From positions 18,738-82,737 of the forward strand of contig JBAZEU010000003.1 in assembly GCA_041653755.1 (NCBI GenBank): 64,000 nt of DNA, written 5' to 3'. Each line of letters opens with the position of its first letter. Positions within the stretch are counted from its first letter, which is position 1. This document shows, in pieces, positions 28,830-37,515 of the stretch. This DNA is from Minisyncoccota bacterium (GTDB lineage: Bacteria; Patescibacteriota; Minisyncoccia; UBA6257; UBA9933). Both the position numbers and the translations under genes were made by a program. Under the pieces are notes generated by a model that made no database searches, was not told the DNA's origin, and was given only the letters and a program-made list of their open reading frames with translations.

Positions 28830-29288
28830 ATGAAAGTAATTTTACTCCAAGACATTAAAGGATTAGGGAAGAAGCTAGACATTAAAAATGTAAGCGACGG
28901 CTATGCTCGTAATTTTTTAATTCCAAAAGGGTTAGTAGGACTCGCGACTCCTCAAAACATAAAAGCGATAGAAGCCAAAAGATTGGTTCTGGTTGAGAAA
29001 GAAAAAGAATTAAAATCTCAAGCAGAACAGCTTAAAAAACAAATTGAAAAGATAGAATTGATTTTTAAGGTTGCAGTAGGGGAGAAGCAAGAAATGTTTG
29101 CTTCTGTTGACGCTAAAGATATCAAAGAAAAAATAATGGAAGAGATTGGCTCCATAGAAGTTCTAAAAAATTCTGAAATTATTTTGGAAAAACCAATAAA
29201 AAAACTTGGCGAGCACCAAGTTGAAATAAATTTGAAGCAAGGCGTAAAAGCTAAAATAAAAGTGCTTATTCAGCCAGCTGAACTGTAA
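28830..29288 (+). CDS. rplI: 50S ribosomal protein L9
   Basis: [28 protein letters not shown]. Confidence 0.95.
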   Translation: MKVILLQDIKGLGKKLDIKNVSDGYARNFLIPKGLVGLATPQNIKAIEAKRLVLVEKEKELKSQAEQLKKQIEKIELIFKVAVGEKQEMFASVDAKDIKEKIMEEIGSIEVLKNSEIILEKPIKKLGEHQVEINLKQGVKAKIKVLIQPAEL

Positions 29289-29547
29289 CGATCTTTACGT
29301 CTCTGATATTTCCGTCAAAACGAACTTTCTTCTTAGACAAAAACTTCACTAACCCTTTTTTGACGGCATAAATGGTGTCATCTTTACCTTTTCTCGTATT
29401 TAATCCGGGTACGTACTTGCTGCCTCTTTGACGCACTAAAACTTCGCCTGCATTTACTTTTTGCCCAGCGGATCTTTTTACTCCTAATCTTTGTGCCGCG
29501 GATTCTCTGCCTAACTTGGTAGAGCCTCCGGCCTTAGTATGTGCCAT
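29266..29547 (-). CDS. rpmA: 50S ribosomal protein L27
   Basis: [26 protein letters not shown]. Confidence 0.96.
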   Translation of the reverse strand: MAHTKAGGSTKLGRESAAQRLGVKRSAGQKVNAGEVLVRQRGSKYVPGLNTRKGKDDTIYAVKKGLVKFLSKKKVRFDGNIRDVKIVTVQLAE

Positions 29548-29663
29548 TTTTATTTATGAGCGAAGCGATTAACTATAAAAATGAGCACCCCGTACATAAT
29601 TTATTATGTGCGTGGGTAGCCAACCACTCGCTATTCATTAGATTTTAAGCTATAATTTCTAAT

Positions 29664-30401
29664 ATGTCAACACAATTCTTCGACGCTAAACAAAATAATA
29701 AGCTAGTTTTTGATATCGAGACCATAGGGGTTAATTTCGATTCCTTAGACGAAGCATCTCAAGAATCTTTAACTCGTTGGATTAAAAAAGAATCTGATTC
29801 AGAAGAAGATTACGAAGAGGCCCTAAAAGAAATGAAAGACGGACTTGGTTTTTCCCCATTAACTGGAGAAATTGTAGCCATCGGAGTTTTAGATGTTGAT
29901 AAAAATCAGGGCGTAGTTTGCTTCCAAGCGCCAGAAAAAAACTTAAAAGAAACTACCGAAGATGGAATTATTTACAAGCCAATGACTGAAAAAGAAATGC
30001 TGGAAAATTTTTGGAAAGGAGCGATGCAATATCAAGAGTTTATAAGTTTCAACGGCCGTGTCTTCGATGTGCCTTTTATGATGATAAGATCTGCTGTCCA
30101 TGGGGTTAAACCAACCAGAAATTTGATGGAAGGAAGATATTTATATCAGCAAAGAAGCGCTAAGCATATAGATTTGTTAGACCAATTAACTTTTTATGGA
30201 GCGGTTCGAAAAAGAGGGAGCTTGCATTTGTGGAGCAAAATCTTCGGCATCAAAAGTCCGAAAGAAGATGGGATTACCGGTGATGAAGTTGGAAAACTTT
30301 TTAAAGAAGAAAAATTTTGGGAAATTGCAAAATATAACGCAGGGGACTTAGTAGCAACAAAAGAACTTTACAAGAAATGGAACGATTACCTTAATCTATG
30401 A
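29664..30401 (+). CDS. PolB-type 3'-5' exonuclease / RNase H-like domain protein
   Basis: FDIET, SFNGRVFDVPF, HIDL, YNAGDL. Confidence 0.82.
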   Translation: MSTQFFDAKQNNKLVFDIETIGVNFDSLDEASQESLTRWIKKESDSEEDYEEALKEMKDGLGFSPLTGEIVAIGVLDVDKNQGVVCFQAPEKNLKETTEDGIIYKPMTEKEMLENFWKGAMQYQEFISFNGRVFDVPFMMIRSAVHGVKPTRNLMEGRYLYQQRSAKHIDLLDQLTFYGAVRKRGSLHLWSKIFGIKSPKEDGITGDEVGKLFKEEKFWEIAKYNAGDLVATKELYKKWNDYLNL

Positions 30402-30565
30402 GTTTTAAGACTTGGGTAGGGGAGCATAAAAAGGACATACTTCTATTCTTATTACTATTCCTTATGTGTTCCTTATCTTTTGGATTGGGTTATTTGGTCA
30501 ATCGTGAATTTAACCACGCTCCGATTATTATTGAGAAAAGTGCCAATTTTACCTCAGAGCAATAA
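30398..30565 (+). CDS. 55-aa single-TM protein (not in ORF track)
   Basis: ATGA overlap with upstream stop; MSFKTWVGEHKKDILLFLLLFLMCSLSFGLGYLVNREFNHAPIIIEK.. Confidence 0.7.
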   Translation: MSFKTWVGEHKKDILLFLLLFLMCSLSFGLGYLVNREFNHAPIIIEKSANFTSEQ

Positions 30566-30632
30566 ACGATGAGCTGTAAAATTGAGCATCCGCCTAAGTT
30601 TTTATGAGAATAAAATCTGGGTGGATAAGTAT

Positions 30633-30661
30633 TGACAATTAATGCTGTTTTGTGCTATAAT
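30633..30661 (+). promoter_or_regulatory. Consensus sigma70 promoter
   Basis: TTGACA-17 nt-TATAAT. Confidence 0.85.
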
Positions 30662-30726
30662 TCTTATAACAGCTTGAAAATCTACTAACGAGATTTTCTT
30701 TTAAAAACAAAATAAGGAGGTAAAAC

Positions 30727-30942
30727 ATGGGATGGAAATTGGTAATATTGATTGTGACATTGGTTGTACTATTGACGGTGTTCCTTAGAACTGGCCTAAA
30801 ACTGTTTTTCGAAAAGGAAAATGACAATGGCGTTTTATTTATCGCCGCCGCTACATTAATCGCCATCGCTATAAACTGTCTTTTTGCAGTAGGATTAGCT
30901 CATTTAGCGCATTGGTTATGGCAATGGCAACCAATAAGATAA
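30727..30942 (+). CDS. Small 2-TM hypothetical protein
   Basis: TAAGGAGGT SD directly upstream; two hydrophobic segments. Confidence 0.7.
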   Translation: MGWKLVILIVTLVVLLTVFLRTGLKLFFEKENDNGVLFIAAATLIAIAINCLFAVGLAHLAHWLWQWQPIR

Positions 30943-30953
30943 GGAGGATTCTT

Positions 30954-31091
30954 ATGAAAAAGTCCGGCAAAAAAGGATTACTGAAAGGGATAAAAAATCG
31001 TGATTTACATTTAGCCGATTTGATCGGCGATAAAGTGCCGAAAAAACGGAAACAGCACAAAAGGAGGAAAACGTGCCAACCACAAAAGTAA
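30954..31091 (+). CDS. 45-aa basic hypothetical peptide (not in ORF track)
   Basis: TAAGGAGG SD; MKKSGKKGLLKGIKNRDLHLADLIGDKVPKKRKQHKRRKTCQPQK. Confidence 0.5.
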   Translation: MKKSGKKGLLKGIKNRDLHLADLIGDKVPKKRKQHKRRKTCQPQK

Positions 31092-31277
31092 TTAGAACAA
31101 TAGGATTAATAATTACATTTGCTGGAGTGTTTTTAATGATAAAATCTCCGCTGACCACCCTGAAAAGAAAAGTCCCGAAAAAATGGAAAATAGGATTCGC
31201 GATTTATCTTATCGGTTTCATGATCGTACTTTTATCACCAGCTTTCGAGCGGTGAAAAAGTGCCGAAAAAACGAAAA
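31032..31277 (+). repeat. Three ~21-bp dispersed direct repeats
   Basis: aaagtgccgaaaaaacggaaa (31032), aaagtcccgaaaaaatggaaa (31169), aaagtgccgaaaaaacgaaaa (31257). Confidence 0.7.
31073..31255 (+). CDS. Small 2-TM hypothetical protein
   Basis: AAAGGAGG SD with GTG start; two hydrophobic segments; terminator at ~31293-31330. Confidence 0.65.
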   Translation: MPTTKVIRTIGLIITFAGVFLMIKSPLTTLKRKVPKKWKIGFAIYLIGFMIVLLSPAFER

Positions 31278-31350
31278 CCAAATAAAGAGTAAAAAGCCCG
31301 TTCAAGGACAAAAACCTTGCGGGCTATTTTATTTTTGAATAAATTCGCTT

Positions 31351-32124
31351 CTACAAATATCCAACCTGCTTCAACCAATATTCATTTTCCCATTCCCAAA
31401 GTTTCTTAGCGCCCAAAAATGCCTGGTAGTCGCCTTGCCAATACGGAAATTCTTTTAATTCAATTTGCCCTTGAAGCGGAGACCATTCATGTTCACAGGT
31501 TTTAGATTTTTTATCGTAAGCGCCATTTTTATAAGGCAAACTAATTTTTTCTCTTCCGCCTTTCACACGTAAAGTCGCTCCGCATTTCGAACAAGTTTTA
31601 ATTTGATCAATTCTTAAAATCCAGCGCGTCTGAAGATTTTTTAAATCCTTTGCTAACGCCGCCACATAGGCAGAAGTTTGAAGATTATAATCCCGATAAA
31701 TTGCTTTTGATGTTTTGATGTCTAAAACTCCGAATTTGCCGTCAATCAAAGCAACGGCATCAATGGTTCCGGCATATTTTTCGTCGTGATTGGCAACTCT
31801 CTTTTCAATATATTCCGGGTCAACCTGAATATGATTTTGTTGATAAAAACTTATAAACGATTCAATAGCCGGCACAATTACAGGGTCTAAAATAGGGGAT
31901 TGGCCTAATAAAATTTGTTCTACGGCTTCGTGAATCTTCGTTCCTTCATCGGCCGATTTGTTTTTTACCGCTTCACTAGCGGCAAAATTATTCATTTCAG
32001 CGTAAAATTTGTACAACTGCGGTTTTGATTTAATATCAACTATTTTCGTTACTCGGGGATACCAAACGCCGTCAACATCATAGCCAGACATCCCTTTAAA
32101 ATGTTCGAGGTTAGAATAAAACAT
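31351..32124 (-). CDS. PD-(D/E)XK nuclease superfamily protein with Cys/His insert (start probably MFYSN)
   Basis: GTKIH, YAGTID, LDIKTS, QTSAY; CSKC..CEH. Confidence 0.78.
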   Translation of the reverse strand: MFYSNLEHFKGMSGYDVDGVWYPRVTKIVDIKSKPQLYKFYAEMNNFAASEAVKNKSADEGTKIHEAVEQILLGQSPILDPVIVPAIESFISFYQQNHIQVDPEYIEKRVANHDEKYAGTIDAVALIDGKFGVLDIKTSKAIYRDYNLQTSAYVAALAKDLKNLQTRWILRIDQIKTCSKCGATLRVKGGREKISLPYKNGAYDKKSKTCEHEWSPLQGQIELKEFPYWQGDYQAFLGAKKLWEWENEYWLKQVGYL

Positions 32125-32258
32125 ATATATTAAGCTTATTTTAACAGAAACAGGGGAGCCCCACAATGGCTAAGTTGACCTTTTATCGTAAACTTGGTAT
32201 ATTGACAACAACGAATTATAAAAAGTTTATTTTATCTGTTCATTAAAAAAGGAGGAAT

Positions 32259-32564
32259 ATGAAAAGTAATCGGCAATGGATTTCAGATGACACGGCATAT
32301 TTGGTGTTTGCTATGGGAGCATGTATTTCCTGTATCGCTATGATGATTGGACCATGTTTATCAAACTGGTGGAAAATTTATAATCTATATTTTTTAACCG
32401 TTCTTATCTTTTTTCTTTCTACTTTGTCAGTAGCAATCATTATTAATCAACGAGAGAAAATCAAATACTGGATTTTAAGAACAGCTGATTTATTTATTGT
32501 TATATGTATTGGTCCCTTATTAGATCTTACCTCAGACGACGAGGCTGAAAATAATATCACCTAA
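32259..32564 (+). CDS. Small membrane hypothetical protein
   Basis: TTGACC..TATATT promoter, AAAGGAGG SD, hydrophobic segments. Confidence 0.65.
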   Translation: MKSNRQWISDDTAYLVFAMGACISCIAMMIGPCLSNWWKIYNLYFLTVLIFFLSTLSVAIIINQREKIKYWILRTADLFIVICIGPLLDLTSDDEAENNIT

Positions 32565-32575
32565 TGACCACGAAC

Positions 32576-32682
32576 TTTCCCGAAGCGCGAAACGATGAGT
32601 GATTAGAAAGAATCACAAAGATGAGGGAAGGTTCTTGCTGCTTTTCTTACCGGCCCTTTGTCATTGTCAGCGCTTCGGGAAA
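32576..32682. ncRNA. Structured intercistronic element
   Basis: 13-bp closing helix tttcccgaagcgc/gcgcttcgggaaa; internal gtgatt/aatcac hairpin. Confidence 0.5.
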
Positions 32683-32699
32683 CCATTTCGGAGAAAATA

Positions 32700-32873
32700 A
32701 TGGAAAAAATATTGAAAGAGATTGCATTGGGGTTAATCCAACTTGCATTAGGATTTTTAGCGATAACGATTATATTCGGGCTTTGGATTAACATCGAAAA
32801 AATCTGGTCAAAAATAAAGTATTCTTTCCATCTTTGGTTAGGAAACTTACTGAATTCCATATACCCTTATTAA
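32700..32873 (+). CDS. 57-aa single-TM peptide (start ATG 32700)
   Basis: GGAG SD; MEKILKEIALGLIQLALGFLAITIIFGLW.. Confidence 0.6.
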   Translation: MEKILKEIALGLIQLALGFLAITIIFGLWINIEKIWSKIKYSFHLWLGNLLNSIYPY

Positions 32874-32922
32874 TTTCTCTTAAAAGGGGAGAAATCGAAA
32901 GGGGAGTCATAGCCGATTACAA

Positions 32923-33134
32923 ACCCCGCAGAGAAGAAATGTCTACCAAAAAGGATCCACCTCCTTCTGGCTAAGACAATCTTTTTTTCTCTGCGGGGTC
33001 ACAAATTATAAACCCATAGCGAGCATACGGAGCTATATTGCGTAACGCAATCCACTCCTTTAAACCTCGCTATGGGTTTTGTTTTACCTACTGAAATTAC
33101 TATCTGTCGCAAAAGAATTATTTTGCGACAGATA
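32923..33134. ncRNA. Three consecutive long hairpins
   Basis: accccgcagaga/tctctgcggggt, aaacccatagcgag/ctcgctatgggttt, tatctgtcgcaaaa/ttttgcgacagata. Confidence 0.5.
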
Positions 33135-33169
33135 CAAGGCTCCTTTTTCTACTATAAAACCTCTCCCCC

Positions 33170-33318
33170 AGTGCTCGGAGAATATTGATTTTCAGAACGT
33201 CCCACAGGTAGCCGAAGCTTGGTATCAGCCGCGATGATTTCGGCTACCGAGGGAAAAGAAAATTTTGTCGCTGGAACAAAATTATTCTGGTTCTGAAAAA
33301 CAATTTACCAGAGCACTC
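33170..33318. ncRNA. Rod-like ~150-nt structured RNA (6S-like candidate)
   Basis: Nested helices agtgctc/gagcact, ttttcagaac/gttctgaaaa, ggtagccgaa/ttcggctacc around a central bubble with side hairpin aattttgt/acaaaatt. Confidence 0.5.
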
Positions 33319-33320
33319 AC

Positions 33321-33611
33321 CTATTTCGCTATCCCCTTGAGCAAAGAGATGATTTGTTCAAATATCCAAACGATTGCGTGCCAAACTAATTTGAAAATTT
33401 CTACCAAACTCATTCCCATACTGGTCTTAAACCACAAATTAATTTTTTGGAATATATTTAAACCGGTTTGTATCCCCTCTTTTACATTTTGCTGATTTAA
33501 AACCTGATTCGCTTTATCAAAATCAATTGAGCTGCTGGCCTGTTTAACCAAATCAATAGCGCTGGTAGCATGTTTAAATAAATCACCAAAAAATTGGTTT
33601 AAGTCAATCAT
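33321..33611 (-). CDS. Hypothetical amphipathic helical protein (start probably MIDLN)
   Basis: ORF directly downstream of gltX. Confidence 0.6.
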   Translation of the reverse strand: MIDLNQFFGDLFKHATSAIDLVKQASSSIDFDKANQVLNQQNVKEGIQTGLNIFQKINLWFKTSMGMSLVEIFKLVWHAIVWIFEQIISLLKGIAK

Positions 33612-33621
33612 ATTATTTATC

Positions 33622-35088
33622 TTATGTCTTTTTAATGGCAATGTTAAGCCGTTCCAATGTTTCTTCTTTTCCTAACGCATCCATAATTTCAAACGGGCCC
33701 GGCGACGCTTCTTTGCCCGATAAAGCTACTCTCAACGGCCATAACAACTCCCCTTTCCCAAACGCTTCAGTCAAAGGCATAATTTTATTTTCAATCTTTT
33801 CTAAAATAAAATCTTTCTCTTCGATTTTTTCTATTTCAGCAATTAAAAGCTTCAAGTTTGAGATAACTCTTTCTTTTTCCATTTCTTTCCATGATAAAAG
33901 TTCCGCCCGATAATCCGGCAATTCAAAAAAGAAATCGGCCAGATTTTTGAATTCCGCAAGCGTGTTTATTCTTTCTTTTTCCAAATTAAACACTTTAAGC
34001 AACAGGATTTCATTCTCTAACCATTCTGCCGGGACAAAACCTTCCATTATTGCTTTTACTTTTTTTATAGGAATTTGCTTAATGTATTGTGAATTTAGCC
34101 AATCAAGCTTGGTTATATTAAAAATCGCTCCAGCTTTTTGGATTCTTTTCAAATCAAATTCTTGAATCAATTCTTCGCGACTCATTACGTCTTTTTCTTC
34201 TTTTGGATGCCAGCCCAAGAAAGCAATAAAATTTACCATTGCTTCTGGCAAATAACCAACCTTTTTATATCCATTCAACGATGTTTCAGCATAACGCTTA
34301 GAAAGCTTGCTCCTGTCAGCCGCCAAAGTTAACGGCATATGCGCATATTTCAATTCTGAAAACCCAAGCGCTTTTTGAATTAAAATTTGCTTCGGAGTAT
34401 TTGAAATATGATCCTCTCCCCTAATGACGTGAGTAATTTTCATTTCAAAATCATCGATCACTACGGCAAAATTAAAGAGCGGTTCTCGCAACCCTTTTGC
34501 GATAACAATATCCCCAAATAGATTACTATCGAATTTAACTTGACCTCTTATTATGTCGGAAAATGTTGTCTCCGTTTGTGGCACCCTAAAGCGGATAACT
34601 GCTTTTTCGCCTGATTTTAAGCGCTTTTCTGCCTCTTCTAAGGGTATTTTACCGCATTTCCCGCTGTATTTTGGCGCTAATCCTTGCGCTAACATGCTTT
34701 GACGCTCCATTTCCAGCTCTTCTTTAGTGCAAAAACACCAATAGGCCTTGTTTTCAGCCAAAAGGCGTGTAAGATACCCCTCGTAGATAGAAAGACGCTC
34801 AGATTGCCTGTAAGGGCCAAAATCACCCCTATACTGAGCCGGTTTGGCTGGATCTGGGCCTTCATCCCACTCTAAGCCAAGCCACTCGAGGTTCTCTAAA
34901 AGATCGGTTTCAAACTCCTTTTTTGACCGTTCTGTGTCAGTATCTTCTATACGTAATATAAACTTGCCACCTTGATTTTTGGCATATAGCCAATTAAATA
35001 AAGCAGTTCTAGCACTACCAATATGAAAATAGCCGGTTGGCGAAGGCGCAAACCGTACCCGGATCTCATTTTTCGGATCTTCAGTCAT
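33622..35088 (-). CDS. gltX: Glutamate--tRNA ligase
   Basis: RFAPSPTG, HIGS, RIEDTD, RGEDH, KLSKR. Confidence 0.97.
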   Translation of the reverse strand: MTEDPKNEIRVRFAPSPTGYFHIGSARTALFNWLYAKNQGGKFILRIEDTDTERSKKEFETDLLENLEWLGLEWDEGPDPAKPAQYRGDFGPYRQSERLSIYEGYLTRLLAENKAYWCFCTKEELEMERQSMLAQGLAPKYSGKCGKIPLEEAEKRLKSGEKAVIRFRVPQTETTFSDIIRGQVKFDSNLFGDIVIAKGLREPLFNFAVVIDDFEMKITHVIRGEDHISNTPKQILIQKALGFSELKYAHMPLTLAADRSKLSKRYAETSLNGYKKVGYLPEAMVNFIAFLGWHPKEEKDVMSREELIQEFDLKRIQKAGAIFNITKLDWLNSQYIKQIPIKKVKAIMEGFVPAEWLENEILLLKVFNLEKERINTLAEFKNLADFFFELPDYRAELLSWKEMEKERVISNLKLLIAEIEKIEEKDFILEKIENKIMPLTEAFGKGELLWPLRVALSGKEASPGPFEIMDALGKEETLERLNIAIKKT

Positions 35089-35132
35089 TAAGAAAATTAT
35101 ACAATAAACACAACAAAATGCCTATATTATAT

Positions 35133-36296
35133 CTACGCTCTCGCTAACCTTAAAATTTCTTCTGCTAAAAGTTTTGCCGCGTCTGGCTTTGAGAAATTTT
35201 TGGCGGCTTCAGACATTTGTTTTAATAACTCCGGATTGCCGAAAAATTTCTGCGCCTGAACCATAAAAAGATGGGTTCTTAAATTACTTTGTTCTATCAC
35301 AACTGCGGCGCCGGTTTGGCTATATTCATAAGCATTTCTAATTTGATGGCCAGATGCTGCATCAGGCAAAGGAACTAAAATTGACGGTTCTCCCATAGCC
35401 GCTAATTCAAAAATAGAACCAGCGCCAGCTCGCGAAACCACTAAATCCGCGGCCAGTATCGCCTCTTTTAAATCCTTGTCCTCTAAATAAGGCACAACTT
35501 TATACCTTAATTTTTCTTCATCAAAAAAGTCACGGCTTAAAAATTGCCATTCCTTTTTTACTTGTTCGAAATTTTTTATACCGGTTTGATGAAGCACTTG
35601 ATAATCCTTTAATAACTCCCCTATCGAATCCAAGACAAAATCATTTATCGCTGTTGCACCTTGTGAGCCGCCGACAAAAAGAATCAACGGTAATCCTGGA
35701 TTAAATCCTAAAACCTTTTTCGCCAGTTCTGTATCATCGCCTGGTTCAAAAAATATTTTTCTTGCCGGATGGCCAACTAATGCAAATTCATTCTCGTCAA
35801 AGTTTTTGTTCTTTCTAAAATAATTAATTGCCGAATTAAAAGATAATCCAATTCTTCTTGCCCATTTAGCAGAAACTAAATTGGTTAACCCAGGGATGCT
35901 ATCTGATTCATGAATAAATATCGGAATCCGATAAAATCGACAAACTAATAAAACTGCCAGTGCACCTGGCCCGCCTTTTGAAAAAACCACATCAGGCATA
36001 AACCACAAAATTTTCCAGAGACACTGGAATAAACTAAAAATGAATTTGAAAAAATCAAAAAAGTTTCTGATATCAAAATACCGGCGGAGTTTTGATGAAG
36101 CAATTTTTACGACTCGGATACCGGAAAGCTCTAAAAGATTAAAATATTGTCCGGGTGCGCCAAAAAAACGGAGATCTGCTTCTATCCCCTTTTCTTTTGT
36201 TATTCTTTTCAATTCTTCGGCAACAGCAACTATCGGATAAATATGTCCGCCTGTTCCACCGCCAGTAAATAAAATTCTTAAGGATTTTTGACTCAT
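35133..36296 (-). CDS. murG: MurG glycosyltransferase
   Basis: GGGTGGHIYP, GGSQGA, SRAGAGS, HQ..NA. Confidence 0.95.
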   Translation of the reverse strand: MSQKSLRILFTGGGTGGHIYPIVAVAEELKRITKEKGIEADLRFFGAPGQYFNLLELSGIRVVKIASSKLRRYFDIRNFFDFFKFIFSLFQCLWKILWFMPDVVFSKGGPGALAVLLVCRFYRIPIFIHESDSIPGLTNLVSAKWARRIGLSFNSAINYFRKNKNFDENEFALVGHPARKIFFEPGDDTELAKKVLGFNPGLPLILFVGGSQGATAINDFVLDSIGELLKDYQVLHQTGIKNFEQVKKEWQFLSRDFFDEEKLRYKVVPYLEDKDLKEAILAADLVVSRAGAGSIFELAAMGEPSILVPLPDAASGHQIRNAYEYSQTGAAVVIEQSNLRTHLFMVQAQKFFGNPELLKQMSEAAKNFSKPDAAKLLAEEILRLARA

Positions 36297-36299
36297 AAG

Positions 36300-37418
36300 T
36301 TAATTGTATCTACTAATATTAACAACCACGCCCATCATCGTCAAAAAAATTGCCAACGCAGTTCCGCCATAGCTGATAAAAGGCAAAGGAACGCCGGTAA
36401 GAGGTATAAGGCCGGTATTAGCTCCGATATGAACAAAAGTTTGCAGTCCTATAATTGAAACCAATCCAACCGCTGTTAATCGCCCAAATTCATCTTTCGA
36501 ACGCTGGGCTATTTTAAAACCTCTCAAAATAAGCAAAACAAATAAGCCAACCGTGACTAAGCTTCCGATAAAACCAAGTTCTTCCGCAATTACCGGGAAA
36601 ATTGAATCTCCCACTGTTTCCGGCAAAGACCGGTATTTGATGGTTGAATTGCCGTAACCAACTCCCCACAGTTTTCCAGTACCAATAGCAATCAATGCCT
36701 GATTTTGCTGGAAGCCCTTGCCTAAAATATCCACGTTTTGTTTTAAAAACACCCTATTAATAAATGACTGGATCCTGTCGCTACGATAAGCTGTTTTGTA
36801 AATTACAAAAGACAAAAGAAGCAAACCGATCAAAACAGTAAGAATTACGTATTTGAATTTAGCGCCGCTGACAAAATAAACAATTAACGCCGCAACCATC
36901 ACGATACATAAAGTCGTAGTGGCCGGTTGCGCTAAAATTAAACCGGCAATTATTCCAGAAACAGCTATGAAAGGAAGATACCCTTGAACAAAATTTGTTC
37001 GTCTCTTTTTTTCTTTGCCAAGCCATGCCGCTAGATAAACTATGAAAGAAAATTTTAAAAGCTCTGCCGGTTGGAATGAAAACGATCCAAGCTTCAGCCA
37101 ACGGCTGGCACCACCCGAATGATAATTCAGCCCTGGAACAAAAACTGCAATTAAAAGCAAAATATTAAAAATCAAAAAGATAAAAGCTATTTTCTCCCAA
37201 TTATGATAATAAAGACTAGAAGCGATCAGAAAACCGATAACTCCAAAAATCAATCCTATCAATAACTGATGTTTCAAATAATAATAAGGATCGTTGAATT
37301 TCTTCTTACCTAAATCGAAAGAAGCGCTGGAAAGCATCACCAATCCAAAAATCACTAGAAAAATTACGCAAAAAAGAAATAAATAATCGGGATGATGTCC
37401 GGCTCTTGTTCTCATCAT
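36300..37418 (-). CDS. ftsW: SEDS family protein FtsW
   Basis: GASRW, FQPAE, AEELG, PLTGVPLPFISYGG. Confidence 0.92.
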   Translation of the reverse strand: MMRTRAGHHPDYLFLFCVIFLVIFGLVMLSSASFDLGKKKFNDPYYYLKHQLLIGLIFGVIGFLIASSLYYHNWEKIAFIFLIFNILLLIAVFVPGLNYHSGGASRWLKLGSFSFQPAELLKFSFIVYLAAWLGKEKKRRTNFVQGYLPFIAVSGIIAGLILAQPATTTLCIVMVAALIVYFVSGAKFKYVILTVLIGLLLLSFVIYKTAYRSDRIQSFINRVFLKQNVDILGKGFQQNQALIAIGTGKLWGVGYGNSTIKYRSLPETVGDSIFPVIAEELGFIGSLVTVGLFVLLILRGFKIAQRSKDEFGRLTAVGLVSIIGLQTFVHIGANTGLIPLTGVPLPFISYGGTALAIFLTMMGVVVNISRYN

Positions 37419-37515
37419 AATCCATGAATCTTAAATCTTAAATCTTGAATCATAAAAATTTATTTTTTGTAACCGTTATTGTTTCGTATTGATACATGTT
37501 CCATGTTTTATGTTC
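37419..37515. repeat. Degenerate 7-mer tandem repeats
   Basis: aatctta aatctta aatcttg aatcata .. atgttcc atgtttt atgttct. Confidence 0.7.

Noticed and set aside
29590-29615. dif site
   Set aside because: cataa and ttatg are 4 nt apart rather than 6, and there is no TTATGTTAAA XerD arm.
31032-31277. CRISPR array
   Set aside because: Only three short A-rich, non-palindromic repeats with unequal long spacing. The nearby PD-(D/E)XK gene is not accompanied by cas1 or cas2.
32953-32968. 16S rRNA 3' fragment
   Set aside because: Only the anti-SD-like stretch matches; there is no upstream helix 44/45 sequence.
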